Shown here piece by piece: positions 25,054 through 39,780 of a DNA stretch of 64,000 nucleotides (its first letter is position 1; each line of letters begins with the position of its first letter). The stretch comes from Octopus sinensis (lineage: Eukaryota): assembly GCF_006345805.1 (NCBI RefSeq), contig NC_043012.1, forward strand, positions 44,268,001 through 44,332,000, written 5' to 3'. Under the pieces are notes generated by a model. That model ran no database searches. It was not told the DNA's origin and saw only the letters and a program-made list of their open reading frames with translations. A program made the translations under genes and the position numbers.

Positions 25054-25309
25054 CACACACACCACACACACACACAACACACACACACACACACACACAC
25101 ACCACACACACACACACACACACATACATGTATAACAAACTTGTAACCGAGTATAACTTGCAAGTGGCAGATACCATACATTCTCTTGTTCTCTCAGGTG
25201 GTCATAAAATCGCAACTTAAGAGACCGGCACCTTCTCGCCCTTCACACCTTTCACTTAACAGAACACACAGAGACATGAGAGCTTGAGAGAGAGAGAGAG
25301 AGAGTGAGA

Positions 25310-25362
<53 letters not shown>
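23900..25362. repeat. Tandem triplication of a 440-500-bp unit bounded by (GA)n
   Basis: Three copies with identical unique segments; lengths differ only in (CA)n and (GA)n; periods 441 and 502. Confidence 0.95.
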
Positions 25363-25789
25363 TGGAGTTGTCCACCAATACTACTTAATTATATTGAACG
25401 CCAGAATAATAATAAAAAAAAATACCAAGACCCGGATTCGAACTCAAAACTTATATAAAGGACCGGAACAAATACGGTAATGTTATTTAGTCCAACACTC
25501 TAATAATTCCGCCAAGCCGCCGCCCTGGTCGGTTATGTTATCGATTCCAGCGGCATCCGAACTCAAAAAGTAAAACGAGTCGGAATACTGCGAGGCATTG
25601 CGTCCGACGATTCTGAAAATTAACCGCCTTTCACACACACACACACACACACACACATGTTCATATATAAGTGTGTGTGTGTGTGTTCATATATAAGTGT
25701 GTGTGTGTGTATGTGTGCGTGTGTATTTTTATAAATATATATATTTTTATATATGTATATATATGTGTATCTTTATGTATGTATATATA

Positions 25790-25805
25790 TATTAGATAGA
25801 TAGAC

Positions 25806-25888
<83 letters not shown>

Positions 25889-25897
25889 AAGATAGAC

Positions 25898-25971
<74 letters not shown>

Positions 25972-25995
25972 AGAGAGAGAGAGAAAGTAAGAGAA
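25790..25995. repeat. (GATA)n followed by (GA)n microsatellite
   Basis: Direct reading. Confidence 0.95.
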
Positions 25996-26644
25996 AGAGA
26001 GAGAGTGAGTGAGTGATTCCTAACGAATAGAATCGGAAATTGTGCGCCAAAACCGTAATTTCTTTCGGTAACGAACGTTCAAAACGTAAAGTAATAAATA
26101 TATTCAGCTAAGGTATTTCTTCGAAATTTTTTTTGTGGATCTATGTTACCTATATTTTGAAGAATCATTAATCTCTTGTGTTTAAAACATAATTCTCAAA
26201 AATGTTTAATAGAAAATCTAAACTAAAAGATATCAAAAAAAGTTTAAATAGGAGAACCCAGGAATTAACTCCACCATTTTTTTTATTTATTCATTTATTT
26301 ATTTAGTTTAGAATCTTAAATTGCGATACTTAAAACATATCCGAAGAAATTAGGTATTTTAGCACATTGGATGAACTTCCGACTCCTGTGTGTTTTGTTT
26401 TTGTCTAATTTTCCAGTTATGTTTGTTTCTAATCCTTGACATGTATGTATGTATGTATGTATGTATGTATGTATGTATGTATGTATGTACGTATGTATGT
26501 ATGTATGTACGTATGTATGTATGTATGTATGTATGTATGTATGTATGTATGTATGTATGTATGAATGTATGATAATATAAATACTATATATATGCATATA
26601 TACATACGTGTATGTATATACGTATATACGTATATACATATGCA

Positions 26645-26850
26645 TATGTGGGTACAGGACGTCACAGAACGTAAACAACAAAAGAAATAGGAAAATATAG
26701 AATACGAAATACGAATACACAGAATATGAACTTTTTTTTGCAAACACCGAAGGAAAACAAGACACACCACAACATAAAGAACGACCCTTCATCAGTTGTC
26801 GGCCGGCTGTTTTTCTAATCCGTGTTTCGAACATTTCACATGTATGCCGG
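26645..26850 (-). mobile_element. Penelope-like terminal fragment, same family as 14170-14216 and 15298-15339
   Basis: Shared gggtacaggac(a/g)tca..aacg..aacac end abutting TA/TATG repeats; contains ctgatgaagg on the minus strand. Confidence 0.4.
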
Positions 26851-26930
26851 TATAAATATATATGTATATATATGTGTGTGTGTGTGTGTGTACATATCGC
26901 TTATACATCGTGATATAATAAAAGTATATA

Positions 26931-27093
26931 CATGGCTGTGTGGTAAGTAGCTTGCTAACCAACCACATGGTTCCGGGTTCAGTCCCACTGCGTGGCATCT
27001 TGGGCAAATGTCTTCTGCTATAGCCTCGGACTGACCAATGCCTTGTGAGTGGATTTGGTAGACGGAAACTGAAAGAAGCCTGTCGTATATATG

Positions 27094-27124
<31 letters not shown>

Positions 27125-27339
27125 TTGTGTGCCTGTGTTTGCCCCCCAACATCGCTTGACAACCGATGCTGGTGTGTTTACGTCCCCGTCACTTAGCGGT
27201 TCGACAAAAGAGACCGATAGAATAAGTACTAGGCTTACAAAGAATAAGTCCCGGGGTCGATTTGCTCGACTAAAGGCGGTGCTCCAGCATGGCCTCAGTC
27301 AAATGACTGAAACAAGGAAAAGAGTAAAAGAGTAAAGAG
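26931..27339 (+). mobile_element. SINE family A, near-consensus copy
   Basis: Full head, body and gcagtcaaatgactgaaac-type tail with (aagagta)n. Confidence 0.9.
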
Positions 27340-27596
27340 CATATCTACCCACACGCACACACACACATGTAGGTGTGAGTGTGTATGTGTGTATGTTTAT
27401 TGATGGTCTGAAAATATGTGTCAACCATCCTCACCTGCATAAATATACATGTTTCCCTTTCGAATGTCTATGCGTGTGTGCATTAACGTTTTGACCAAAA
27501 AGAGATCGGCTCGTTCTTTCTTATTTCTATGTCCCTCGACAATTCTTCATATAATTCTATCTTGACGCTAAACCCTGTTCACTGAACACCCACACA

Positions 27597-27649
<53 letters not shown>

Positions 27650-28145
27650 GTATGTATAGACATGTGTATATATGCATGAGTGTATGTATATGTATATATA
27701 ATAGCCGATTGAATGTTGCACTCGGTATAATACACAATCAATAGCGGCCATGCGACAATTTCCTTCTGTTTATGAACCACGTTGCACATGCGTGCCGCTG
27801 CGTGTATATTTATATACATCACTTGTATGTGTATATGAAGGAGTAGAACGGTGGATTGGAGGAGCATCGGGTTAAATACCAGGTTGTGTTACGTCCCTTT
27901 ATAAGTTCGAATCTCGTCGATGTCGACTTCATGTTTGATCCTGGCGGAGGTCGACGAAATACGAGTCTAACATTGGAATTAGAATGATCGACTGTTCTAT
28001 CCCCAGCCAAACTCGCCAACATTTCTGGCTGTGTGTCCCTCTGTAAGGGATCCTTGTGTGTGTACTTGCGTATGTTCATATTTGTTTGTATGTGCTCACG
28101 TGAGTCTTGTATGTGAGTGTTTATAACACACACACACACACACAC

Positions 28146-28178
<33 letters not shown>

Positions 28179-30342
28179 CCACCAAGTCAGCCTTCATCGA
28201 GCAGACGTGATTAAAGGTGTGACCACCCCGACCGTTTGTACCTCAGTGACTACATTGTCCAGAGCCTCATTTGAAAATTTGACTGCTGTTTCTAGCAGAC
28301 CATTCGACCATGTAAATATGTTTGTTTGTAGGTTCATTAACAAGTGTCAATTTAAATATCGTTTATGTTTGTGTATTTGTGTGTGTGTGTGTGGGGGGGT
28401 TAGATTGTGGGTCATAGTGTTGGATGAGCGCTTCTATTTATTCCTCGACTTTTTTTGTCTATCTCTGCCTGATGTGTCTATCAACATAATGTTTGTTACT
28501 GTATGTCAGTCTTTAATCATGTGTCTCTGTCTCCACCTCTATCTCTTTCTTCCACTCAACCTCTCTCTCCCTCTATCTCTCCTCCTCCACCCCCCTCTCA
28601 CTCTGATGTCGTTTTGATTGATCAACCACACGTGCTTAAATACAGTAAACACAAGACTGTAAGCTGTTAGAGGCGTATCTCCGAACTAAAATACACATTA
28701 TTATTGTTATTACTCGTTTCGTCCCAATGTTTTTGAATAATGTGTAGAACTCCTCGTTCCATCAAAAATACCAGCAACAAACACATTTCGTGACATTCGA
28801 CAAATACATTATCCTACGAAAACTGGCTTTCTGCCTAAGTCTGCCTCTACCGCATGGACCTAGTCACAACTACAACACGGTAAATAGCGTCTGCTTTACA
28901 GAATTAAATCTACATAGCTGTTAATACACACACGCACACACTTTCATACACTTCCATATACAAACATATACACATTCTCGCACAAACACACTCACATTTA
29001 CATACGAACGCGCGCGCACACATTTACACACACACACACACAAACACACACACGCATACAGACACACACGCACACACAACTCTATAGATGCAACGAGTTA
29101 ATCGAAGTGTATTGAAATCTTTATTGTTAGAAACGTTTCGAAATAGATTTTTTTTTGGCTTAAGAAGAAGTATTTTGTCGGGATAAACCTAACAGACGAG
29201 TATTTCCACCGTGTAGTACACTTTCCGTTATACTACAGTGTACACCCTGCTGTCTGTCATAATTTTACGAGCATGCGGTATTTCTGTCCGTTTATTCTGG
29301 TATTTCTATGAGAATATGTGAATAAGAGGGCATGTTTTGATCACTTGTATATTTATATATAACCCACGTGTTCGATATGTGTGTGTGCGTGCGCGCGTGC
29401 CTCCCTTTTATTTCACACACCCTCAGACTTGTGTAGTAAAAATAAAAATGTATATGTAAATGAGTGTGTAGTTAGATTCGTAGCTTTACACATCAGTATC
29501 CATCAATGTGCGTGTTAATGACTAAATACAATGTAGGCGTGTATAAAAAATACGCGCGCGCACACACACATACAGGTATACAATAAAAGAAATATTACGT
29601 TCCTCATCTGACATATATATGTATAAACGTGTAAGTCTGTGTGTGTGCATATATAAGTATTATGCTACGATAATCGTTTTTGGGGGAAAGTAAGTAGATC
29701 TATGCTCTCTTATAAGCCTGTGCAGAAATGTGTGTGTTCTTAGATGTGTATGCCTATATTTATGCATGTATATATATATGTGAGTATATATGTATTGGTT
29801 ATGTATTGTGCTTTGGCGACATTTTAGTAAGTTATTTATAGAAACACGCCCTGCCTTCGTTGCAGTCCGTTTATCTGACCCAATAATTATACCCCAGTCG
29901 TTGAATAAATCTGGTTTTAGCGAATTACATCGATGCCACCATTCACACACAATCTTTTCAAAAGTGTTTTAAAGGCTTTCATTATCTCTTTCACCACTCA
30001 CAGACTCGTGCTCTGCTTCCGTGCACCCCACCCCCTTATTATAATGGTGCATTCGTTATTATCAGCACTTAAGCATAAACATAAACACACATGCACACAA
30101 CACACACGTGTATGTACAGACATATATCCATATAGACCACAATGGAGACTATAAATAGACTTTCTCACACTGACAAATGCAGAAACGCGTCAGTAGCCAA
30201 TCTCATGCGAAGCAATTCACATTTCCACATATATTCACAGTAACTTCCAGACGCAGAAACATGCAAATTTTCTCTTCCGCGCATTTATTTTCCTCCCACC
30301 TTCCCTTCCACATCCCTCTCTTTCATCATGTGTGTCTGTCTG

Positions 30343-30435
<93 letters not shown>

Positions 30436-30552
30436 GTCTATCTATCTCTGTCTGTCTATCTATCTGTCTGTCTATCTGTCTGTCTGTGTGTCTATCTATC
30501 TTTCTATGTAGCTATCTATCTATCTATTTATATAGCTATCTATCTATCTATC

Positions 30553-30590
<38 letters not shown>

Positions 30591-31600
30591 TAAACATGCA
30601 TCTGTCTGAATGGTAGGGGACTTTGTAAATATATATATATATATGTGTATATATATATATATATGTATACCTCACGCATATGTATATATAAATGTGTGTT
30701 TGAGTGCACATATATGTATGTATGTATGTAAAACCAGTTCACCCAAACTAGAGGACACGTGATCATATGTGTGATATATATGGAAATTATGGGAACTTAT
30801 AGCGTCGGAGACAATTTTCCAATTACTGTTCACGTGCTCTCTTTCTAAACTGGACATTTAACTCCAAAATTGTTTCACAGCAAGAGTAAATTTAGTCATC
30901 ATTTCACAATTTATTCATTGGTTCTGGTGTGCTTTGTTTATTTGACAAAGTATGTTTGTATGCATGTGTGCGTGTCTGTATATCTTTAGTTGGGCGTGTA
31001 TACGTACCTAATGACCATATTCGATGGGAGAGCAGGAAACAATATACATTACTTGCAGGAAGTTCACAGTGAAACCTGCCTATCCCTGTGGTACGGCAAA
31101 TATTAATCTGAAGTTAAAAAGAAAACTCAGTTTATAGCAAAAGTAAAATAGACGGTATCGAAATATTGTTGTTTCTGCTTATAATTGCCAGAATATATTT
31201 TATAGTGCTCAAACTTCACCTGACACATTTGAAAGTGAATAAATAGTAAACTTCCATTTTGCTTTTAACTAAATACAAAACTCATTGAAAGAGCCATAAT
31301 ACATTTCACAACAAAGATCCTTAAAATTGTCAATAAGCCTGCTATATGGCTTTCACTAAACTTTTCTATGCCTCTGTCTATCATTTGTAACGACTCTCTC
31401 TCTTCTGATTTGAGCTTTTCATTGTCACCCTGGCAGTCTGCGTTTATTCAAATTAAGAAATAACCATATATTGCTAAACTTCTGTGAAGCAAGTAGGACA
31501 TTGTTGATCGCTCCCACTCATTGAAACCCACAAAGTATAAACCGGGTCTGTAATTTTTGTGACCTGAATGAGGATTTAGGGAATAATGCTTCATTTAAAT

Positions 31601-31944
31601 CAGAGGTTATCAACCATTAATTTTTTCATCTATGGTGCACGTTGAGTACTATTTTATTCTGGTGGAAAAGCCATTGAATGTTTAAAAACTAGTTTTATAG
31701 TTTCCCAAATTCCTATTTTGTTTTTACAAACATTAACTTGTGTAGGTTGAACTCTGTAAAACGTTAGAGAAAGAAATCTCGTTGTTTCTTGTAATACATC
31801 AATACAAACATCTAAAGAAAAATTTTTTTCAGGAGCCCTTAAAATACTATTGTGGATCCCCAATTTAATATTTTATTATGTGGCCCTCCAAAAATCTAAC
31901 ATGGACCCTCAGGAGCCATAATGAACCCCGGTTGAGAACCACTG
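31601..31944. mobile_element. hAT-superfamily MITE (Charlie/MER5-like)
   Basis: TIRs cagaggttatcaacc / ggttgagaaccactg; 8-bp TSD atttaaat at 31593-31600 and 31945-31952. Confidence 0.85.
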
Positions 31945-32189
31945 ATTTAAATGAAAGCTGTTCGCAATACATGAAGTTCATGAAGTAAGCCAAGATCCTT
32001 TTCAGGTGATTTCACTTGCTTACACAGATTATGTCATTGAGAAAGGCACGAGCATAAGATTGCCCACTTTGCTTATATCTAAATTTCGAATTTTGTTCCT
32101 AATTTGAAGAAATTAATATTTCTAGATAAAACTGATATAACTATTGATTGGTTGGTTGACTGGTTTCTCCAGTCACGCTTTACGTCGCA

Positions 32190-32233
<44 letters not shown>

Positions 32234-32251
32234 GAGTTATTATTATTATTT

Positions 32252-32465
32252 AAGGCGGTGAGCTGGCAGAATCCTCAACACACCTGACAAAATTTTTAGC
32301 GGTATTTCGTCCATCTTTACGTTCTGTGTTCAAATTCCGCCGAGGTTGACTTTGTCTTTCATCCTTTTGGAGTCGATAAATTAAGTACCAGTTGAGTACT
32401 CTTGATGTGATCGACTGTCCCCCTCCCCACAAAATCTCGGCCTTGTGCCTACAGTAGAAAGGATT
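32252..32465 (+). mobile_element. SINE family B
   Basis: aaggcggtgagctggcagaatc..ccttgtgcctacagtagaaagg. Confidence 0.8.
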
Positions 32466-32487
32466 ATAAATTTTTATTATATATATA

Positions 32488-32827
32488 GTGTGGCACCTTG
32501 GACAAGTGTCTTCTCTTATAGCCTCGGGCCGACCAAAGCCTTGTAGACGGAAACTGAAAAGAAGCCCGTCGTATATATGTATATGTATATATGTATGTGT
32601 GTGTTTGTGTGTCTGTGTTTGTACACCTAGCATTGCTTGACAACCGATGCTGGTGTGTTTATGTCCCCGTTACTTAGCGGTTCGGCAAAAGAGACCGATA
32701 GAATAAGTACTGGGTTTACAAAAGAATAAGTCCCGGGGTCGAGTTGCTCGATTAAAGGCGGTGCTTTAGCATGGGCGCAGTCAAATGACTGAAACAAGTA
32801 AAAGAGTAAAAGAGAGAGTAAAGAGTA
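32488..32827 (+). mobile_element. 5'-truncated SINE family A
   Basis: Body and tail match family A. Confidence 0.85.
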
Positions 32828-33572
32828 TAGCTATGTATGTACGTACTATGTATGTATGTGTGTGTGTGTATGTATGTATGTATGTATGTATGTATGTATG
32901 TATGTATGTATGTATGCATGCATGCATGCATGTATGTATGTATGTATGTATGTATGTATGTATGTATGTATGTATGTATGTATGTATGTATGTGTACTAC
33001 TACTACTTCCTTTAAAAAGATTAGCTCTCCTATGGCAAAAGAGAATCTAAACCTGCCTTTATATTCATACTGAAATACCTTGTTACAGCAAGCTGTATTT
33101 CTCTGAAAACTTTCTACACAATAAGTCCTGAAATTCAGCAGAGAGAAATAGACATTTATAAAGACCCAGGTACTTGCCTAGTACTTTATTTTATCGACCC
33201 CAAAAGTATAAAAGGCAGAGTTTCAGGTTGGCGAAATTTAATCTCAGATCGTAAAGAACCAGAAGAAAGAATTGGATAAAGCATGTTGTCCAGTATTGTC
33301 ATCTACTGTCATACATACAACTGAGTGGGCAAACAAAAATATGAGACACAGCCTAGTGCTTTTTCATGTTGGTAAGCCTGGTACTTATTCTATTAGTTTG
33401 TTCTTGTGAAACCAGTAAGTTATGGGGATGTAAATAAAAGAACAGCAGTTGTAAAGCAGTGATGAGGACAAAACACAGAGACAAAGACACACATACACTT
33501 ACATATATGCATACATATATATATACGACTGATTTGTTTCAGTTCCTGTCTACGAAATCCATATATATATGT

Positions 33573-33645
<73 letters not shown>

Positions 33646-33682
33646 TGTATGTATGTATGTATGTATGTATAGATGTATGTAT

Positions 33683-33711
<29 letters not shown>

Positions 33712-33713
<2 letters not shown>

Positions 33714-34144
33714 AAGATAAATTGATAGATACAACTGAGTGGGCAAACAAAAATATGAGACACTGCCTAGTGCTTTTTTTATTTTGACAAGCCTGGTACT
33801 TATTCTATCAGTTTCTTCTTGTGAAACCAGTAAGTTATGGGGATGTAAATAAACGAACACCAGTTGTGAAGTAGCGATGAGGGAGAAACACAAAGACACA
33901 CACATAGACTTACATATATACATACATATATATATACAATTGATTTCTTTCAGCTTCTGTCTACAAAATCCACTGACAAGGCTTTGGTTGGTCTGAGGCT
34001 ATAGCAGAAGACACATGCCAAGTTACCAAACAGTGAGACTGGACTAAGAACCATGTGTTTTGGAACCAAGTTTGTTACCACACAGCTACTATACATATAC
34101 ATGTGTACATATATATCTATATATATACATATATATATATATAT

Positions 34145-34175
<31 letters not shown>

Positions 34176-34221
34176 TACATCCATAGATATACATCTATAT
34201 ATATACATCTATATGTATACA

Positions 34222-34268
<47 letters not shown>

Positions 34269-35189
34269 TATATTATATATATATACAATATATACATGTA
34301 AATTTAAATTTAAAATAATAAGGGTGAAAAAGTGAATGTTAATTTGATTAATATGAATTGAAAACCAGTGGTGTAGCATATAAGACCATAGCGGATCTTC
34401 TTCTAGCAAAACGGATGTCCACTGTTAAAGGTTCATCCCTCTTATATAATAGTTTCACTTTATTAGTTTCAGTATTAAAGTGAAAGCATGTGATATTACA
34501 ATAGAGAGATGTTTTTGTTTCACTTTTAACACGTAATACTGAAATAGTGGAGAAGATGTGATATTGCTGTGAGCTCGCCCTAGGCAAGAAGTTAAAAGTA
34601 AGGCATGTGCAAAATTTGAATGAAATTGGTTGTGTAGTTCTCAAGTTTTAGGGATTCACGCAGACAGACACACATTCTCAGTTATACACATATGCGCATA
34701 CATACACACACACACACAACACACACACACACATACAAAGATAAATTGATAGATACAACTGAGTGGGCAAACAAAAATATGAGACACTGCCTAGTGCTTT
34801 TTTTATTTTGACAAGCCTGGTACTTATTCTATCAGTTTCTTCTTGTGAAACCAGTAAGTTATGGGGATGTAAATAAACGAACACCAGTTGTGAAGTAGCG
34901 ATGAGGGAGAAACACAAAGACACACACATAGACTTACATATATACATACATATATATATATATATACAATTGATTTCTTTCAGCTTCTGTCTACAAAATC
35001 CACTGACAAGGCTTTGGTTGGTCTGAGGCTATAGCAGAAGACACATGCCAAGTTACCAAACAGTGAGACTGGACTAAGAACCATGTGTTTTGGAACCAAG
35101 TTTGTTACCACACAGCTACTATACATATACATGTGTACATATATATCTATATATATATATATATTATATATATATACATATATATATAT

Positions 35190-35220
<31 letters not shown>

Positions 35221-35266
35221 TACATCCATAGATATACATCTATATATATACATATATATATATATA

Positions 35267-35328
<62 letters not shown>

Positions 35329-35755
35329 ATATACATGTAAATTTAAATTTAAAATAATAAGGGTGAAAAAGTGAATGTTAATTTGATTAATATGAATTGA
35401 AAACCAGTGGTGTAGCATATAAGACCATAGCGGATCTTCTTCTAGCAAAACGGATGTCCACTGTTAAAGGTTCATCCCTCTTATATAATAGTTTCACTTA
35501 TTAGTTTCAGTATTAAAGTGAAAGCATGTGATATTACAATAGAGAGATGTTTTTGTTTCACTTTTAACACGTAATACTGAAATAGTGGAGAAGATGTGAT
35601 ATTGCTGTGAGCTCGCCCTAGGCAAGAAGTTAAAAGTAAGGCATGTGCAAAATTTGAATGAAATTGGTTGTGTAGTTCTCAAGTTTTAGGGATTCACGCA
35701 GACAGACACACATTCTCAGTTATACACATATGCGCATACATACACACACACACAA
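33712..35755. repeat. Tandem duplication with 1024-bp period (SINE A remnant, TA tract, Helitron-type fragment)
   Basis: caaagataaattgatagatacaactgag at 33712 and 34736; unique parts essentially identical; older diverged partial copy at about 33315-33570. Confidence 0.95.
34300..34690 (-). mobile_element. Helitron/HINE-like non-autonomous fragment (duplicated at ~35330-35715)
   Basis: Minus strand 5' ataactgagaatgtgtgtctgtctgcgtgaatccctaaaacttgagaactacacaaccaatttcattcaaattttgcaca, typical of HINE-type heads. Confidence 0.5.
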
Positions 35756-35861
35756 ACACATATGTACATGTATAAACATATACATGTGTATAGGTGTGTC
35801 TATGTGTGTACGCGTGATATATTTTTCGCTATAATCATAATTAAAACTTTTCCTAAATATA

Positions 35862-36054
35862 GACGCAGGAGTGGCCGTGTGGTAAGTAGCTTGCTTATCA
35901 ACCACATGGCTCCGGATTCAGCCCCACTACATGGCACCTTGGTCAAGTGTCGGGCCGCAGGACTTACAAAGAATAAGTCCTGGGATCGATTTGTTCGACT
36001 AAAGGCGGTGATCCAGCATGGCCACAGTCAAATGACTGAAACAAATAAAAGAAT
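35862..36054 (+). mobile_element. Internally deleted SINE family A
   Basis: Head joined directly to the 3' third. Confidence 0.8.
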
Positions 36055-36059
36055 ACCTA

Positions 36060-37250
36060 ATATACCAAAGTGGTGTGATAAATATATTTTCTCTACGATA
36101 AATATCCGATATCCCATGGATTATATTTCCGAAGAACATTCTTGAATTCCGACTTGTCACAGCTCTATCATATCATATCCTAATAGCCATCCAAACACAA
36201 TAGTATTGGGCAGACCATGGCACCAAAATGTCCGGCATTTCTGTGATCGCGACCTATGATTAATTCAATCATTATGATATTTTTTACGACAGTGATAGTA
36301 CGGCAAACACCACATACTGATACAGTAAATACCGTTATGAGAAATATATTACAGGTTTAGCGGTCATAAGTCCTCGCTCTGTATCTTAACAATGTTGTCC
36401 TCTGTCCATGGCAAAGTCAGTGGCTCCAGTTTTCATAGATGTAGTCTAACTGATGGTGGGTATCTTTTATTTGTTTCAATCATTAGACTGCGGCCATGCT
36501 GGAGCACCGTCTTCAAAAATTGTCAGTCGAATGAATCGACTCCATTGCTTTTTTTTAAGTCTGGTACTTAACCGCCAAGTTACGGACGCGTAAACACACC
36601 AACACCAGTTGTGAAGCGGTTGAGGGGGACCGATACAGACACGAACACGAAGACGCGCGCGCGCGCAGACACATACTCACACATACACACACACTCGTAT
36701 ATGTGTGTGTGTGTATACGACAGGCTTCTTTTAGTTTCCGTCTACCAAATCCACCCACAAGGCTTTGGTCGGTCCGAGACTATAGTAGAAGACATTTGCC
36801 TAAAGTGCCACGCAGTGGGGCTGAACCTGGAACAATAAAAACGAAGAGCCGAAGTCCCGGCAATTCCATCCCTAGTTATTGATACTCTCAGCCAATCAAT
36901 ATACACTTCACATATCTCCACGGTTTATTATTTTTTTACATCATCATGATTTACTACATCACACGATCAGAATAAAATATATATATCAGAGTACGATAAA
37001 TCTATTGTATGATTTCTTTAAGCTTCTGTTGATACTATCGTGATTGATTATACTCCATCACCATGACAAAAAGCCACCTCCATAATAAATCCCGTAGACC
37101 TTCTATCTTTGCCAGATTATTCTTGTAATAGACATGAACATCGTTCTACACATTAGTCTATATTGCAGCAGGAGCTGAGAAAGCATTCGACTAGACTGTA
37201 TCTGCTGCAGTAAACAGAATGTGTCAATATTCCCTAAATAGTACTGCGAA
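36060..37250 (-). pseudogene. Heavily decayed LINE remnant (RTE-like?), interrupted by a SINE
   Basis: Weak translated similarity (SMGYRIFIVEKIY resembles MGIP.HLI.LI.NLY). Confidence 0.3.
36468..36830 (-). mobile_element. SINE family A
   Basis: Reverse complement of family A. Confidence 0.8.
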
Positions 37251-37689
37251 CACTCAATAATAATAACAACTATAATATTAACGATTTCTTTTTATTATCG
37301 AAAGGGCGACGGATGGAGAACATTTGTAATGACGTTTTCTTCATTTGCTACAAGGTCACCGAAGAGAGAGAGTAAAAGTGGGGGTGTTACATTGAAAAAA
37401 ATAAATCTCAGTTGAAAGAAATATAAAAATATTCAATTAGAAACAAAAAAAAAACGTTAAATTAATAATCATATTGGCTTCAAATTTTGGCACAAGCTAT
37501 GGGGGAGGGATTAAGTCAATTAATTGGCCCCAGTGCTCCGCTGGTACTTATTTTATCGACCCCGGGAGGATGAAAGGCAAAGTAGACCTCGACAGAATTT
37601 GAATGCCGCTGAGCAATTTGTACTCACCAGGAATACTACGGCAAGTGCTCCTCTCTTCTCAGCAAGTGCTCCTCTCTTCCTTCTTAATC

Positions 37690-39780
37690 CTCACTTTCCT
37701 TTTCAAATGGAATTTTAAAACGTCTTTGAGGCTTTGGTTGAAAAGGAACGTGTCTATCTTGAGTCCTTTGTCTTATCCACCGCACAACCTCTTCCGCCAT
37801 AGCCTGAGAAAAACTACCTGCCCTTCCCCACTAAAGAAATGTGGCGGGACGATCATCACAAGTCGGTCGATAGCCAGATCCGACCTACACATTATAGCAG
37901 GCGTTTGACATAACTTCTCAAGTCAGTATTGCTATAGCACTGAACGAGTGAGTGCAGGACGGTTTCTTTGCTCTGTGCGCATCTCGAAAAGATGCGGCTG
38001 ACGGTACTGCAATGCCTGTAGAGTCTATCCCGAACCGGCAATGCCTATAGAGTTTATCCCAGTAGCATTGCCGGCTAAAGATTTCTGGAAATTATCTATT
38101 GACCCCGGCCCAAAAGCCTTTTGGAAAAGACCAGCCAGTTGATTTTTGTCGACGCCCAGTTTCCTCGAAGACATCGTCGCTCTTACCCACCGCTAATCCT
38201 CTAAACAACTCTATAGTGGAACATCCACCGACTGCATTTCTGACTGTTTAGTGTGAGCGCCTGACAGTACTCAAGGTGTCAAAAATTCTGCGATTGATTC
38301 AGGACAGCAGGTATGTCAGAAACAAGCTGCGGAAAAGCTCCATATAAAACAAACAGCAGTCAATCCTTCTCACAGTCTAGGAAACGCTGGGGATGTCGTA
38401 GCCTCCGCGCATGTCTGCACACCATCAGTCACATCTCCAATCCCCCATTCAGCGGATGCTGACATCAAGTGGACTGTCTGACCAGCGGGACGTGTCCTCT
38501 CTACAAATTAACAAAAGAGCAAGCGCCCCGTTTGGTCATGTTTTGGCAGTAGTTGATGATGGGTGCGATGTAGGCCCAACCCTTCAGGGATAGTTTCCTC
38601 TCGCCCTATTTCTGGTAAGGCTATACACTCTGCTCGTCATTTCTCGTTAGGTCTTGTTTATCCGAAGGTCTGAAGCAAACTAAACTCCAAACAATTTAAC
38701 TGGTCCGTCCAGTGCCTAACGACGCTGTTCGACGATATGGACCTGCTTTTCCAGGTGGTCCAACGACTTCTTCCGTTTAATTTTTGCTCCTATCACAGAT
38801 TCATATTACCATAGTGTAGTTCCGATTATTTCGATGTGTTTGATGGCCGAAACTATTACGGTGACGTCATGCGTATATGCAAACACGGATGTTCCGCATC
38901 TTAGTACTCGCGGATGTTGTTAAAAAAACTTTGACAGTAATGCCTCTAGAGTCAACACGTTGAAAAGAGGAGGGAGAGTGTATCCTTGACAATCTGATCG
39001 CATTATACTGAGCGATTCCGACAGGTGTCCACTTACTCTGATCTTGAGTAAATGTCACAATGCATTGCATCCCCTGAAGACGGCGTCGAAACCAGCCGCC
39101 TTCAAGACATCTACCAAATTTATTGATGGTCAACCTTATCGAAAGCTTTCAGCTGATTACTCAACCTTTTTATGATGTACAATGTGAGATAAAGGTTGTC
39201 AAGGACAGATCTGTATGGCATGGCATATATTTGCGCTTCACCCATCGACAACAAAGGCCGACAGACTTGACATCTACATTTATCAGAGTTATTGACCTAA
39301 ACTTGTTAAAATCATTCCCTTTGTTTGGGTCTTTTCTCAGCAACACCACAATTCTATTCGCAGGACTGGAAATTTACCCGTTTTGCTGCCAGTTGATAAG
39401 AGGCCCGTAAACAAGTCTGGTATTTGACAATAAAGCTCGTAAAGCAGACCATCCAGCTCCGGTGATGTCTCTATCATGCAATCCATCATCGCTTCATGTA
39501 TTTCGTCAACTCTTATTGGTCTTTCCCAGAACTCCACATTCCCAGTCGAGAGCTGCAACAGACCATCGAGGTAGCGGAGAAGTCTACCCTTTCTCCCGTT
39601 TACCGTTCGCCCCATAAACTTAAGCAAAGTATTACTGCAAAAACGCTTACATCTGCTTGGAATCGAGTAGCAAATGCCCCACCCGATCCGTAAAAGATTA
39701 ATTCTGGCTTCATACCCTATTCTCTTAGCACAATCTATTGAATGATAACTCAGAAAAAGTTTACCAATGTTTGTATACAC
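37690..39780 (-). pseudogene. L1/Tx1-like LINE ORF2 remnant (RT to C-terminal zinc knuckle)
   Basis: RPIRVDEIHEAM..SPELDGLLYELY..PDLF (RT N-terminus) and RCAQSKETVLHSLVQC (zinc knuckle); many stops. Confidence 0.7.

Noticed and set aside
23900-25362. CRISPR-like or tandem exon array
   Set aside because: Eukaryotic context, no unique spacers, and the units are simple duplicates without a credible ORF.
26780-26830. CUGAUGA and an upstream GAAAC on the minus strand as a hammerhead
   Set aside because: The order is permuted and I cannot form a convincing helix II or III; it may be a broken relic.
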